A stretch of 27,321 bases of DNA from Nitrososphaeraceae archaeon (GTDB taxonomy: Archaea > Thermoproteota > Nitrososphaeria > Nitrososphaerales > Nitrososphaeraceae). The notes beneath the pieces were generated by a model. It was given only the letters and a program-made list of their open reading frames with translations. It ran no database searches and was not told where the DNA came from. Position 1 is the first letter of the stretch, and each line of letters starts with the position of its first letter. Below are positions 9,802 through 18,796 of this stretch, one piece after another. The DNA is taken from NCBI GenBank assembly GCA_035250975.1, contig DATFEP010000036.1, positions 1 to 27,321 on the forward strand, given 5' to 3'. The position numbers were made by a program, and so were the translations under genes.

Positions 9802-10401
9802 TCATGGTGCTAAACTTGACATATTTTGGTATACTCTAGCATCTTCCAGACTGGTCATGTTTTGATATACTCTATCTTGTCCAAGACTAGACATATTTTG
9901 GTATACTCTAGCATCTTCCAGACTGGTCATGTTTTGGTAAACTCTAGCATCTTCCAGACTGGTCATGTTTTGATATACTCTATCTTGTCCAAGACTAGAC
10001 ATATTTTGGTATACTCTAGCATCTTCCAGACTGGTCATGTTACGATACAATGTGATAGTAATTATAGTATTTCCAAGTAAAGATAGTTCATATTTATTTA
10101 TATTAACATCTGGAATCATATGCAATAAACGGAAATGATTAAAATCTATATATGTCATATCATTTACATTTTTGCTTAATGGTTTAGTATTTTCTGAATA
10201 TGTTATAGATATTATTTTATCTTTAATGCCTTTCCAATCGTTATGAGAGTATTTTTTGATAGTATTTATATTATTTTCATTAACATCTCTTTGTGCAAAA
10301 GATAATTCAAAAAATGATAAAAATAGTATACTACTACTGATAAAGGAAATACTAATAAACAAAAAAAGAATTTGAATAGGTTTTTTTCTTTCTGTCTTCA
10401 T
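9802..10401 (-). CDS. Secreted/membrane-anchored protein with C-terminal 12-aa tandem repeats
   Basis: Signal-like N-terminus and about 7 copies of RVYQNM[TS]SL[EDA/GQD]. Confidence 0.75.
   Translation of the reverse strand: MKTERKKPIQILFLFISISFISSSILFLSFFELSFAQRDVNENNINTIKKYSHNDWKGIKDKIISITYSENTKPLSKNVNDMTYIDFNHFRLLHMIPDVNINKYELSLLGNTIITITLYRNMTSLEDARVYQNMSSLGQDRVYQNMTSLEDARVYQNMTSLEDARVYQNMSSLGQDRVYQNMTSLEDARVYQNMSSLAP
9805..10047. repeat. 36-bp coding tandem repeat, about 7 units in two variants
   Basis: Units of the form TATACTCTAGCATCTTCCAGACTGGTCATGTTTTG[GA] and TATACTCTATCTTGTCCAAGACTAGACATATTTTGG, with no spacers. Confidence 0.95.
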
Positions 10402-10504
10402 AGATTGAAGAATTGAAATAACTATATAATAATTTTATACAAATTATTTGCTATTAGTATTATAATCAAATTATTATCAAATATATAATAATTTTTATTA
10501 TTTA

Positions 10505-10545
10505 GAACTACAAAATTGTGTCAAAAACAGTTGACAATCGTCCGA
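10505..10545 (+). repeat. Dispersed site E (type 2, right part decayed)
   Basis: GAACTACAAAATTGTGTCAAAAACAGTTGACAATCGTCCGA. Confidence 0.9.
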
Positions 10546-10928
10546 TTGCAATGATTTAATTATTATTTATTAATTTAAATTGCTAAGCCTAAATAATAAA
10601 TTATATTCTTTTTCTGACCCGTGAGTTTTTTTACACAAACATTTCTGCCATTAGAAAACTTTTAATCTATTAAATGACCTGTTCTAGCATTTTCTAATGC
10701 ATAGAATAGTCTGTCAAGATGTTTCGTTTTAATAAAAAGAGTTACAGTAAAATGAGTGCCGCTCATAGTCTTATCTAATATTAATAAAAGTTTATTTCTT
10801 TCTTTAGTAATATATTGATCAAAATTCAAAATAGAGAACCAATATTATAAAATAAGATCTTCTTTAACAAATCCTTCAACAAAAAGCATTGAATCTTAAT
10901 GTTCATGAATATTCAATTTAGAATTTGC

Positions 10929-11714
10929 TTATTTTTTGCCCATTAACTCATAAACATAATTAACATGTTCATAAGTTTTCAATTTCTTATCTTCTGGTAT
11001 TTTTATTTTTTTAGTTCTAAATGTATTGTTAGTTATCTTTCTTAATGCATTATTCAACTCTTTCGAAATGATAATTTGATCATTATCAGCAAATCCCTCA
11101 AGTCTACTACAGAAATTAACATCATCTCCAATAGCAGTAATCTGACTTCGAAGAGGAGAATACCAATATCCAAATAGAACTTGACCAATATGCATACCAC
11201 ATTTCAAATTTATATTGGTAGTAGGCTTGTAATCATAATGAGAATATAAAATTTTCATATGTTTTTCCTTAATTTTTATAAAATTCGTCTTTAACTCTAA
11301 AGCAGCATCCATTGCTTTTGAATGAACTATATCAAATTTTTTATCTTGGTAACCGAAATAAGCAAAAATTCCATCGCCTATAAATTTATCCAATATTCCA
11401 TTATTTTTTTTTATCACCCTTGTTGCTTCACTATAATAATCTCTTAATAAGTATTCTAATTCATGAAATATAAGACCTTGTTTTTTCATTCGTTTTTTCA
11501 TTAATGCTTTTAATTCTTTAATTAAGGCAGAAAATTTACTTATATCCCAAAATACAATAATGAAATTATTGATGTTGACTCCATCTAACTTTAATTCTTT
11601 AATATGTTCGTATATGAATGGATCAAAATACATACTTAGTTGTTGCTTAGAATAAGGATCATTATCTGTAATATTTTGATCAGTCATATATTTACACCAA
11701 TTATCTATTTCCAT
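10929..11714 (-). CDS. Class III adenylate/guanylate cyclase (adenylate-type residues)
   Basis: VFWDISKFS, LDKFIGDGIFAYFG, GMHIG and TAIGDDVNFCSRLE motifs. Start may be 11687. Confidence 0.92.
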   Translation of the reverse strand: MEIDNWCKYMTDQNITDNDPYSKQQLSMYFDPFIYEHIKELKLDGVNINNFIIVFWDISKFSALIKELKALMKKRMKKQGLIFHELEYLLRDYYSEATRVIKKNNGILDKFIGDGIFAYFGYQDKKFDIVHSKAMDAALELKTNFIKIKEKHMKILYSHYDYKPTTNINLKCGMHIGQVLFGYWYSPLRSQITAIGDDVNFCSRLEGFADNDQIIISKELNNALRKITNNTFRTKKIKIPEDKKLKTYEHVNYVYELMGKK

Positions 11715-12105
11715 TAAGATAGATTGACAGGTTGGGAATCTGGATATTATATCTCTTATGAAGATATCTTAATCTTTGAGTATTGCTCATATTTTCATAG
11801 TCTTCAGTAAAAATAATAATACTATTAACTTCTCTTCTATGGATTTTACATACATAATCTATTCGTTCATAATTATAATTAAACATGATTTCTCCCACTT
11901 CTCCAGAGTTTAGATAAAGTCTTTCATCTAATACTTCAATATTTGTTGGGTCAGGATCAATTTTAATAAAGTAGAGATGGTGAGATTCATTATCCGTATT
12001 AATCCATGTAATGGTATCTCCTTTTTGAATTTTGACGGCTTGCGGAATATAATTCCTAATAGATTCATTACGTAGAAATTGTGGAATGATTACCTGATGT
12101 TTCAT
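11701..12105 (-). CDS. Cupredoxin/plastocyanin-fold protein without signal peptide
   Basis: YIPQAVKIQKGDTITWINTDNESHH and DYVCKIH motifs. Confidence 0.8.
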   Translation of the reverse strand: MKHQVIIPQFLRNESIRNYIPQAVKIQKGDTITWINTDNESHHLYFIKIDPDPTNIEVLDERLYLNSGEVGEIMFNYNYERIDYVCKIHRREVNSIIIFTEDYENMSNTQRLRYLHKRYNIQIPNLSIYLNGNR

Positions 12106-12120
12106 TACTATTATGTAATT

Positions 12121-12467
12121 ATATCAAATAGGATAGATATATAGAAATATCAACAGACAACATTGAAGAAACAAAAAAATTCTATTCGAATATGTTTGGC
12201 TGGGAATTTGAGAAAAGTGGAGGAGGAGGAGAAAAGTATTGGTTAATAAAAAATGCTGGAATAAAAGGAGCAATAACTTCAAAAAGAGAAGATAATCAAA
12301 CTCCTACATTTTATATTACGGTAGAATCAATATATGAATTCATAACTAAATCTCAAAAGCAAGGTGCAAAGATGGTAGTTGACAAACAGGAGATATCTGA
12401 AGGTTTTTATGCTACATTACAAGATCAGCAACAAAATACATTTGGTTTACGGAAAAGCAAAAAATAG
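12121..12467 (+). pseudogene. VOC/glyoxalase family protein with damaged 5' end
   Basis: The frame extends upstream of 12192 as IEISTDNIEETKKFYSNMFGWEF but hits TAG at 12129-12131 with no start codon. C-terminus reads YATLQDQQQNTFGL. Confidence 0.75.
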
Positions 12468-12665
12468 TAAGTAAAAGTATTGTCTAGATTAAATCAAACC
12501 ATAATATTTTTTGAAACAAAATAGGTTACTAGATTGATTTATAAATCCGAAGATATCCCTGGCGAAATGTGTCTATCTTATCACCAGTAAGAAATTTTAT
12601 TAGTAAATTTTGCAGTTAATGCAGCAAGGTTGCCAGACTTAAATTTGATAAACTTATTACTTTTT

Positions 12666-12727
12666 GAACTACAAAATTGTGTCAAAATCAGTTCACACAC
12701 CTCCGAGCCCGTACCACATCAAGGTTC
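12666..12727 (+). repeat. Dispersed site F (type 2)
   Basis: GAACTACAAAATTGTGTCAAAATCAGTTCACACACCTCCGAGCCC-N11-AGGTTC. Confidence 0.92.
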
Positions 12728-12796
12728 CGTTACATCGAATATTTCAAGTATTTTAAAGAAAACGCAATAAACTGATGCTTTTTACAATTCCTTAAT
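12723..12796 (+). repeat. About 75-bp direct repeat copy 1 (IS-end-like)
   Basis: GGTTCCGTTACATCGAATATTTCAAGTATTTTAAAGAAAACGCAATAAACTGA...AATTCCTTAAT matches 14442-14518. Confidence 0.85.
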
Positions 12797-13030
12797 GGTT
12801 TATGTTCAAGCATCATTGTAAAAATAACAATAACAAGAATAATTTTAACAAAACATGAGGATATAGGAGCTATAAAAATTAATAAAAAAATGCCTCAATA
12901 ATTACTAATAATTATAGTAATTATAGTAATGTTCTGGTAGTCCTAATGGAAGTAATGGCAGACAATTAGTATTTAGATTTAACAAATTATTATTTTTTTT
13001 TTCGCGACGGCAGCAGCAGTGAGGATTTTG

Positions 13031-13942
13031 TTACTGCAATTTTACCCCCTTTTTACCACCCTTCACGCCAGGGGCTTTTTCACTTGGTATCTCTTTTGTA
13101 TTTTTAGATAATGGGATATCTCCTTTTTTTGGAAATTTCCCTTTAAGCAATGGTTGTAGGGGGATCTCCTCTTTCCTTACCTGTAAGTCCTTAAATATGT
13201 CTGCACTATTTTTGTTCTCTTTTTCTTCATCTATTTCAATACCTAGTTCTTCTTCCACATTTTCCTTTCTAGCTCCAATTAGTAGAAGCTGGGTATTTTC
13301 ATAGTCTAGTATTTGAGGATCATCTACATTTATCCACCGTCTTTCTCCAAACTTTTCTTTAATTTGTCTTGGATATTTAGGTTTTCGATCTTTAGAAAAT
13401 ACTTCATAACCAGGAATAAAAACTTCAGGATTTTTTACTGATACAATGTAACTTGCCTCTTTTTTTATTTCAAATTCTGTCTGAGTAGGACCGGGAACTT
13501 CTGGTAACTCTAATATATAAGCTAATTCAGTATGGCCCTCATGGTTAATAATTGAATATTTTCCTTCTCCAGCAGGGTGCGCTGCCGACACTCTTCTTTT
13601 CCCTTTTGTTTTTGTAGTATATTCGGCCTGTACAAAAAGTTCTTTGTGTATATCTTTAGGATTAGAAGTATTCAAGATATTTAACGCCCAATTTCTTTCT
13701 TCCGAATTTGATTTTCCTTCTACTATTTCTGGCATTTTCTTACTGCCCAGCATAAAAAGTCTATAAGTTTTATTTTTATTTTTATTCTTACTATCTGGAT
13801 AAGTTAACATATAAAATCTTTGAACATCAGATAGATCTTTTACTTCTTCAGTATCAATTTTTGGTCGATAAAAGAAAAAAATATCTCCACTCTCAATAAG
13901 TCCTTTATTATCATCATAGTTGGAATTTAACTTCCTTGCCAT
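13031..13942 (-). CDS. Conserved hypothetical protein, C-terminus probably frameshifted or truncated
   Basis: IESGDIFFFYRPKI and HTELAYILELPEVPGPTQTEFEI motifs. It ends in a KGG-like motif, and another frame continues KIAVTKS...AAAVAK. Confidence 0.8.
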   Translation of the reverse strand: MARKLNSNYDDNKGLIESGDIFFFYRPKIDTEEVKDLSDVQRFYMLTYPDSKNKNKNKTYRLFMLGSKKMPEIVEGKSNSEERNWALNILNTSNPKDIHKELFVQAEYTTKTKGKRRVSAAHPAGEGKYSIINHEGHTELAYILELPEVPGPTQTEFEIKKEASYIVSVKNPEVFIPGYEVFSKDRKPKYPRQIKEKFGERRWINVDDPQILDYENTQLLLIGARKENVEEELGIEIDEEKENKNSADIFKDLQVRKEEIPLQPLLKGKFPKKGDIPLSKNTKEIPSEKAPGVKGGKKGVKLQ

Positions 13943-14441
13943 TTTTTTAATGCTCCTCATTTTTTTCTGCTTTGTTTGATTGGAAGAGAATTGAATGAAT
14001 CATTTTCATTATAATAGTATATTGATCAACAATGTTTTTAAAAATTATATTGATTACAAGCTTAATTTATATTGATGAAGTTCTGTTATTAAACGAATAA
14101 AATATTACAAAAAATAATATTTTAATATAATAATGATTTAGATAGGTAATTAAAAATACTTATCAGAAATTTTAGGTTTTTCTTTTTAATATATTGTCTA
14201 ATGTTAATAAAGAAGATCTGAAATGAAAGTTCACAATATCACATTACGTTATTTTTGAATATTATTTAAAAGTATAAACTTGAATAAGGGTTCGAGTCCC
14301 GTAGTCTAAATTAGTAATTGTCTTTTTAACACAATAGCAGTCAACATGGCAACTTGAAAACAAATAATAGATAGACTCTATTATCCTCAATCAATGAATC
14401 CAAATCTTAGGATTCGAAGCGAGCATACAGTTCCCACCAGA

Positions 14442-14518
14442 GGCTCTGTTACATCAAATATTTTCAACGTATTTTAAAGGAAACACAATAAACTGAATTC
14501 TTTTTATAATTCCTTAAT
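14442..14518 (+). repeat. About 75-bp direct repeat copy 2 (IS-end-like)
   Basis: GGCTCTGTTACATCAAATATTTTCAACGTATTTTAAAGGAAACACAATAAACTGA...AATTCCTTAAT. Confidence 0.85.
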
Positions 14519-14950
14519 TCCATTTCTACCAGAAGATGAATTGCTATTCTTCTTATAGTCAATAATTCAGAATGATAGAATATCAGAACATTATATAGTT
14601 ATCCTTCCAACGTTACTGTATTTCTATATCCGGTATTTATACCAAACTCATTTTTTGGCAATAAATTATATTAAAAAAAGATATTAAAAATATCTTTGTT
14701 GTTTGGTTGGTTAGTTAGTTAGTGTATTATTGGTTTATTCTGCAGGTAAGAACAGATATGTTTTTTACATTGGAATAGTTCCCAATACTCTCCTTTCTCT
14801 ATATTCCAGTATATCGGAGTATTGCAACCGTAACAACAGGTGTTATTCATGTGTACTTTTTATCATGTTACTAATAGTATTTGTACTAATTGAAATATTA
14901 CTATATAATATTTATAGTAGTAACAATAGTATAGTATTGTTATTAGTTAC

Positions 14951-15190
14951 TTACTGATTTTGTATTATAACCCTACCTGATTTATTTTTAATAAATTCAA
15001 ACCTTGTCTTTAGTTTGTCCCTCTTTCCTTCTGGTACTTCATAATAGACAAGTAAATCTAATAAACCAGTCTTGATATCTCTTTCCCTTTGTGAACCGTG
15101 TACTTTACCTCCTGATTGGATTACAATATCAGACACTAGTCCTCTTCTCTTTATAGCCTTAATTCTTCTAATAGGTTTCACAGTAGTCAC
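14951..15190 (-). CDS. Basic hypothetical protein or gene fragment
   Basis: 79-aa K/R-rich ORF with GTG start and protein-like composition. No family recognised. Confidence 0.4.
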   Translation of the reverse strand: MTTVKPIRRIKAIKRRGLVSDIVIQSGGKVHGSQRERDIKTGLLDLLVYYEVPEGKRDKLKTRFEFIKNKSGRVIIQNQ

Positions 15191-15240
15191 ATTATTGGTG
15201 AATACGAAAAGTCAAAGTTTAAATCTTAAAAAAACAGATT

Positions 15241-15299
15241 CCAATTACATGTCAAACTTGAAGCCCTCGGAGCCCATATTACATCGGAGTTCATATACA
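15241..15299 (+). repeat. Dispersed site C (type 1)
   Basis: CCAATTACATGTCAAACTTGAAGCCCTCGGAGCCC-N11-GAGTTCATATACA. Confidence 0.92.
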
Positions 15300-15546
15300 A
15301 GTTTATTGTAACAGCAACTAACGACACCAAAAACTATACAATATCTTTTGTTAAACTTGAAATTAGTAGTGCAACGAACAGTAAACATAATTAGCATATA
15401 TAACCCTGAACTTGTATTTTGTTTTAGTGATTATCTTGATAATTGTAAATTTAATCAACTAAAATCATTAATTAATTACAATAAGATTAAATTAATTTGA
15501 AAAAAGAGAGACAAAAAATAAAAATAAAAATATTACTTATTTTTAG

Positions 15547-15948
15547 TCAAAATTCCCATTCCCAATTTCTTGCGGACGTATTACCTCGTTCATCTATTTC
15601 AAATTCAAAAACTGCCATCGTATTGTTGAGAAAAGCAAGACTTGCTGTTGAATCTGTTCTATAAAATGCACTACCACGAAATCTTACTACTCTTGCGGAT
15701 ATATATCGACCCAATCCCTGTGCTGTCCATGTAGCCATTTGACCATCTGTACTAACTAAGACTCCTCGTCCCTCTCCATATAATACTCCTCCTGGTCTTA
15801 CACTGGTCCAATAAGTTCCGAGATCGTCGATATCTATTCCTCTGAAACTACCTTCAGCATTAAATGTATTTTCTATCTTGGGAACTTCCTCCAAAACTCT
15901 ACGTCCAATAATCTGACCCTCTTCATGACCTATTTCTGCTCCTAACAT
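15547..15948 (-). CDS. Conserved hypothetical beta-rich protein
   Basis: MLGAEIGHEEGQIIGRRVL...GVLYGEGRG...LAFLNNTMAVFEFEIDERGN...WEW. ATG at 15948 with a TATA-like tract upstream. Confidence 0.8.
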   Translation of the reverse strand: MLGAEIGHEEGQIIGRRVLEEVPKIENTFNAEGSFRGIDIDDLGTYWTSVRPGGVLYGEGRGVLVSTDGQMATWTAQGLGRYISARVVRFRGSAFYRTDSTASLAFLNNTMAVFEFEIDERGNTSARNWEWEF

Positions 15949-16012
15949 ATCACTATATGAGATTATCAAAGATTTAAACCGATTCAAGAATTATATATTT
16001 TAGATTAATTAC

Positions 16013-16079
16013 ACTACAAAATTGTGTCAAAAACAGTTGACAATCCTCCGAGCCCGTATTATATCGGGATTCATATACA
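16013..16079 (+). repeat. Dispersed site G (type 2)
   Basis: ACTACAAAATTGTGTCAAAAACAGTTGACAATCCTCCGAGCCC-N11-GGATTCATATACA. Confidence 0.92.
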
Positions 16080-16280
16080 TTTATATTCTAAAATAGCAAG
16101 GAGAAACGGCTAAAATGTCTCAAAAACTTGAAACTGTTCTGAAAAAGATAGCCTTTATTCCTCGTTGTCAAATAATGATGTAAGAAAGTAGTATATATCA
16201 CTCTCATAATGCATCTCAGCAAATAAAAATATTCATTCAAAATATTAGATCATTTAAACTAACCCAATCATGTAATAAAG

Positions 16281-16308
16281 TTTATATATTGTAATGGCTA
16301 TTACAATA
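16281..16308 (+). promoter_or_regulatory. TATA box and overlapping 9-4-9 inverted repeat upstream of hsp20
   Basis: TTTATATA at 16281-16288 preceded by a purine-rich BRE-like AAAG. TATTGTAAT-GGCT-ATTACAATA at 16287-16308. Confidence 0.65.
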
Positions 16309-16325
16309 CAAGGTGGAATATTACA

Positions 16326-16961
16326 ATGAGTAATAGAGATATAATTCCAAGTGATTGGAATAAGAGATTTTTTAGTGGACGAAGTCGTTTTGGCAGCTGG
16401 AACCTTAACGATCTATTCAGAGAATTTGATGAAATGAGAAACGAAATAGAAAGAACATTTTCTGAATCATTTAAAAATATTGAAAACAGAGTACCAAAAG
16501 ATTTAGTTAAAGAATATGAAACACCTGAAGGTGGAAAAGTTAGAGAAGTAGGTCCAATAATATATGGCTATTCTATGACCATAGGACCTGATGGAAAACC
16601 AGATATTAGAGAATTTGGTAACGTAAAATCTCCTTTTACTGGCAGAACAGAATTCTTCAAACAACCATCAATTTCTTCAGAAAGAGAACCTTTAGTTGAT
16701 ATATCATCTACAGATAAGGAAGTAAAAATTGTAGTAGAAATGCCAGGTACTAAAAAAGAAAATATAAAGATAAATGCTTACGAAAATTCGGTAGAAATAA
16801 TAAGTGATAATCCACAAAGAAAATACCATAAAGTAATAGATTTACCAACAGAAGCAGATATTGAAACTGTCAAATCTACATATAATAACGGAATTCTGGA
16901 AATCGTATTTAATAAAAAGAAACAGACAAAGCCTAAAGGAAAAGAAATTAAAGTAGAATAA
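16326..16961 (+). CDS. hsp20: Archaeal small heat-shock protein Hsp20
   Basis: GPIIYGYSMTIGPDGKPDIREFGNV, EREPLVD, alpha-crystallin YNNGILEI and C-terminal IKVE (IXI/V) motif. Confidence 0.95.
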   Translation: MSNRDIIPSDWNKRFFSGRSRFGSWNLNDLFREFDEMRNEIERTFSESFKNIENRVPKDLVKEYETPEGGKVREVGPIIYGYSMTIGPDGKPDIREFGNVKSPFTGRTEFFKQPSISSEREPLVDISSTDKEVKIVVEMPGTKKENIKINAYENSVEIISDNPQRKYHKVIDLPTEADIETVKSTYNNGILEIVFNKKKQTKPKGKEIKVE

Positions 16962-17476
16962 TAATAAGTAATTTTTTAACTTATTTTTATTTATTTTTAA
17001 TTTTTATGACTTGCTAAAATATATAAATTTTGGACAATAAAAATAATAGAAAATGTTTAATAATTGACTATCAATTAAAACTTTATTAAAATATTATTTA
17101 TGAATTTGAATTCCTTTTTCAAACATTTGGTAATTCAGATTATCAAAGATGACAATAAAACTAGATTAATCTAATTATTAGATAAAGGCTTATCTTTAAG
17201 AGCCTTTTCAATTTTTTCTATATCTTCATTTCCAGATTCTAATCTCTCAATATAACTAAATAACGAAAATCCTAAATATTATGTTACCGAACACCGTCAT
17301 AATGCAAATTCGAACTCCTCTGAGCTTTGCAATTTTGTTATTGAACCTATTTAGTCAATGGGGCCAAGCAGATATGAATCCTTGCAGTTATCTAGAATTA
17401 TGGCCACTGTAAATTCATACACTTGATCTAACCTACATTATATAATGATAGAACTTTATGAAATGAAAATAAAATT

Positions 17477-17670
17477 ATGAGAACAATATCAATTATTATA
17501 TTACTTGTAGTATCAATATTGTTATTTTTTGGATCTCTCCTTGATTATCAATTAACTTACAATTATGCCTATACCTTTCCTCCCTCAATGCTCATCTTGC
17601 TATTGAAGAACTAAATCAAACAACAACAACTAACACAAGTAAAGCAGCTACAACAATGCCCTGTGAATAA
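17477..17670 (+). pseudogene. Possible remnant of a small secreted protein
   Basis: Signal-peptide-like MRTISIIILLVVSILLFFG, then in another frame AHLAIEELNQTTTT, reminiscent of the 1334-1621 C-terminus. Confidence 0.3.
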
Positions 17671-17731
17671 AGATTGAAATTAAGAGTTGAATGAGTCCTC
17701 TGGGATGTGACCTTTGACATAGAATTGTGTA

Positions 17732-18643
17732 TTATGCTTCAATAGCCTTAACTTCTGCTTTTATTTCTGGTCTGGAAGAAAAGAATTCAGAAATCTTCTG
17801 AGCAATTAGGTCACAATCTTCTTCTAAAGCAAAGTGACCGGTATCAAGAATGTATGTCTCTATATCTTTTAGGTCTCTTTTGTATGGATGTGCTCCCGAT
17901 TCTGGAAAGATATAGTCGTTTTTACCCCATACAATTAATGTAGGAGGCTGATACTTTCTAAAATTCTTTTGCCATTGTGAATATAGCGGTGGATTTGTTT
18001 TATAATCATAAAGCATCGCTAGTTGAATTGCAACATTACCAGGACGGTTCAATCCAGTCTGATCGATTATCCAATTGTCAGGACTGATTGATTGAGGATT
18101 TCTTGTTCCGTTAACATATTGCCACTTTGTTGTCTCCTCTGTCACCAGATAGTGAAGTTTCTTTTCATTTTCGAGAGTTTTATTATTCCACCAATCTTTT
18201 ATGGGATTCCAAAATTCTCCTAGACCTTCATCATATGCATTTCCATTTTGTATAATAAATGCCTGTACTTTTTCCGGCTGCATTGAAAATAGTCTGAATC
18301 CAATCGGTGCACCATAATCCATCATGTAAAGACTGTATTTTTCCAATGCAATTGTTTCTACAAAGTCAAAAATAATTTTGCCTATATTTTCAAAAGTATA
18401 GTCAAACTCATCGACTGATGGCATAGAGCTGTTTCCATATCCTGGATAATCTGGTGCCACAAGATGGAATTCATCAGACAGTTTTTGCATTAGATTCCGA
18501 AACATGTGTGATGATGTTGGAAAGCCATGCAACAACAAAATTGTTGGGGCATTCTTTGGACCTGCTTCTCTGTAAAAAATATCGAGACCATGTATTTTGA
18601 CAGTTTTGTATTCTGTCATGTATTTGGTTTGGTATTTATTCAT
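17732..18643 (-). CDS. Alpha/beta hydrolase (epoxide hydrolase/dehalogenase-like)
   Basis: LLHGFP, APDYPGYG, nucleophile MDYGAP, WGKND and TGHFALE motifs. Confidence 0.92.
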   Translation of the reverse strand: MNKYQTKYMTEYKTVKIHGLDIFYREAGPKNAPTILLLHGFPTSSHMFRNLMQKLSDEFHLVAPDYPGYGNSSMPSVDEFDYTFENIGKIIFDFVETIALEKYSLYMMDYGAPIGFRLFSMQPEKVQAFIIQNGNAYDEGLGEFWNPIKDWWNNKTLENEKKLHYLVTEETTKWQYVNGTRNPQSISPDNWIIDQTGLNRPGNVAIQLAMLYDYKTNPPLYSQWQKNFRKYQPPTLIVWGKNDYIFPESGAHPYKRDLKDIETYILDTGHFALEEDCDLIAQKISEFFSSRPEIKAEVKAIEA

Positions 18644-18700
18644 AAGTATATAATATAATAAAAAATATATAGGTTGGCTGGTAATATTTTTTTCGATGTT

Positions 18701-18766
18701 TGTCCAAATTGGACAGGATTTAAGATATAAACCATTATTAGATGGTAATAATGTCCAATATGGAAA
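18701..18766. promoter_or_regulatory. Two 15-bp palindromic operator candidates in the divergent promoter
   Basis: TGTCCAAATTGGACA (18701-18715, perfect) and TGTCCAATATGGAAA (18752-18766). Confidence 0.65.
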
Positions 18767-18796
18767 AGTTATTATCTAGTTATTTAAAGAGACATT

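Noticed and set aside
9805-10047. 36-bp repeats as a CRISPR array
   Set aside because: Units are head-to-tail with no unique spacers, keep an open frame with a 12-aa period, and no cas genes are present.
14286-14310. Intact tRNA gene
   Set aside because: Only a T-arm-like segment is present, with no acceptor, D or anticodon arms.
14697-14723. GTTT/GTTG/GTTA short tandem run
   Set aside because: A short imperfect microsatellite with no evident link to a gene or promoter.
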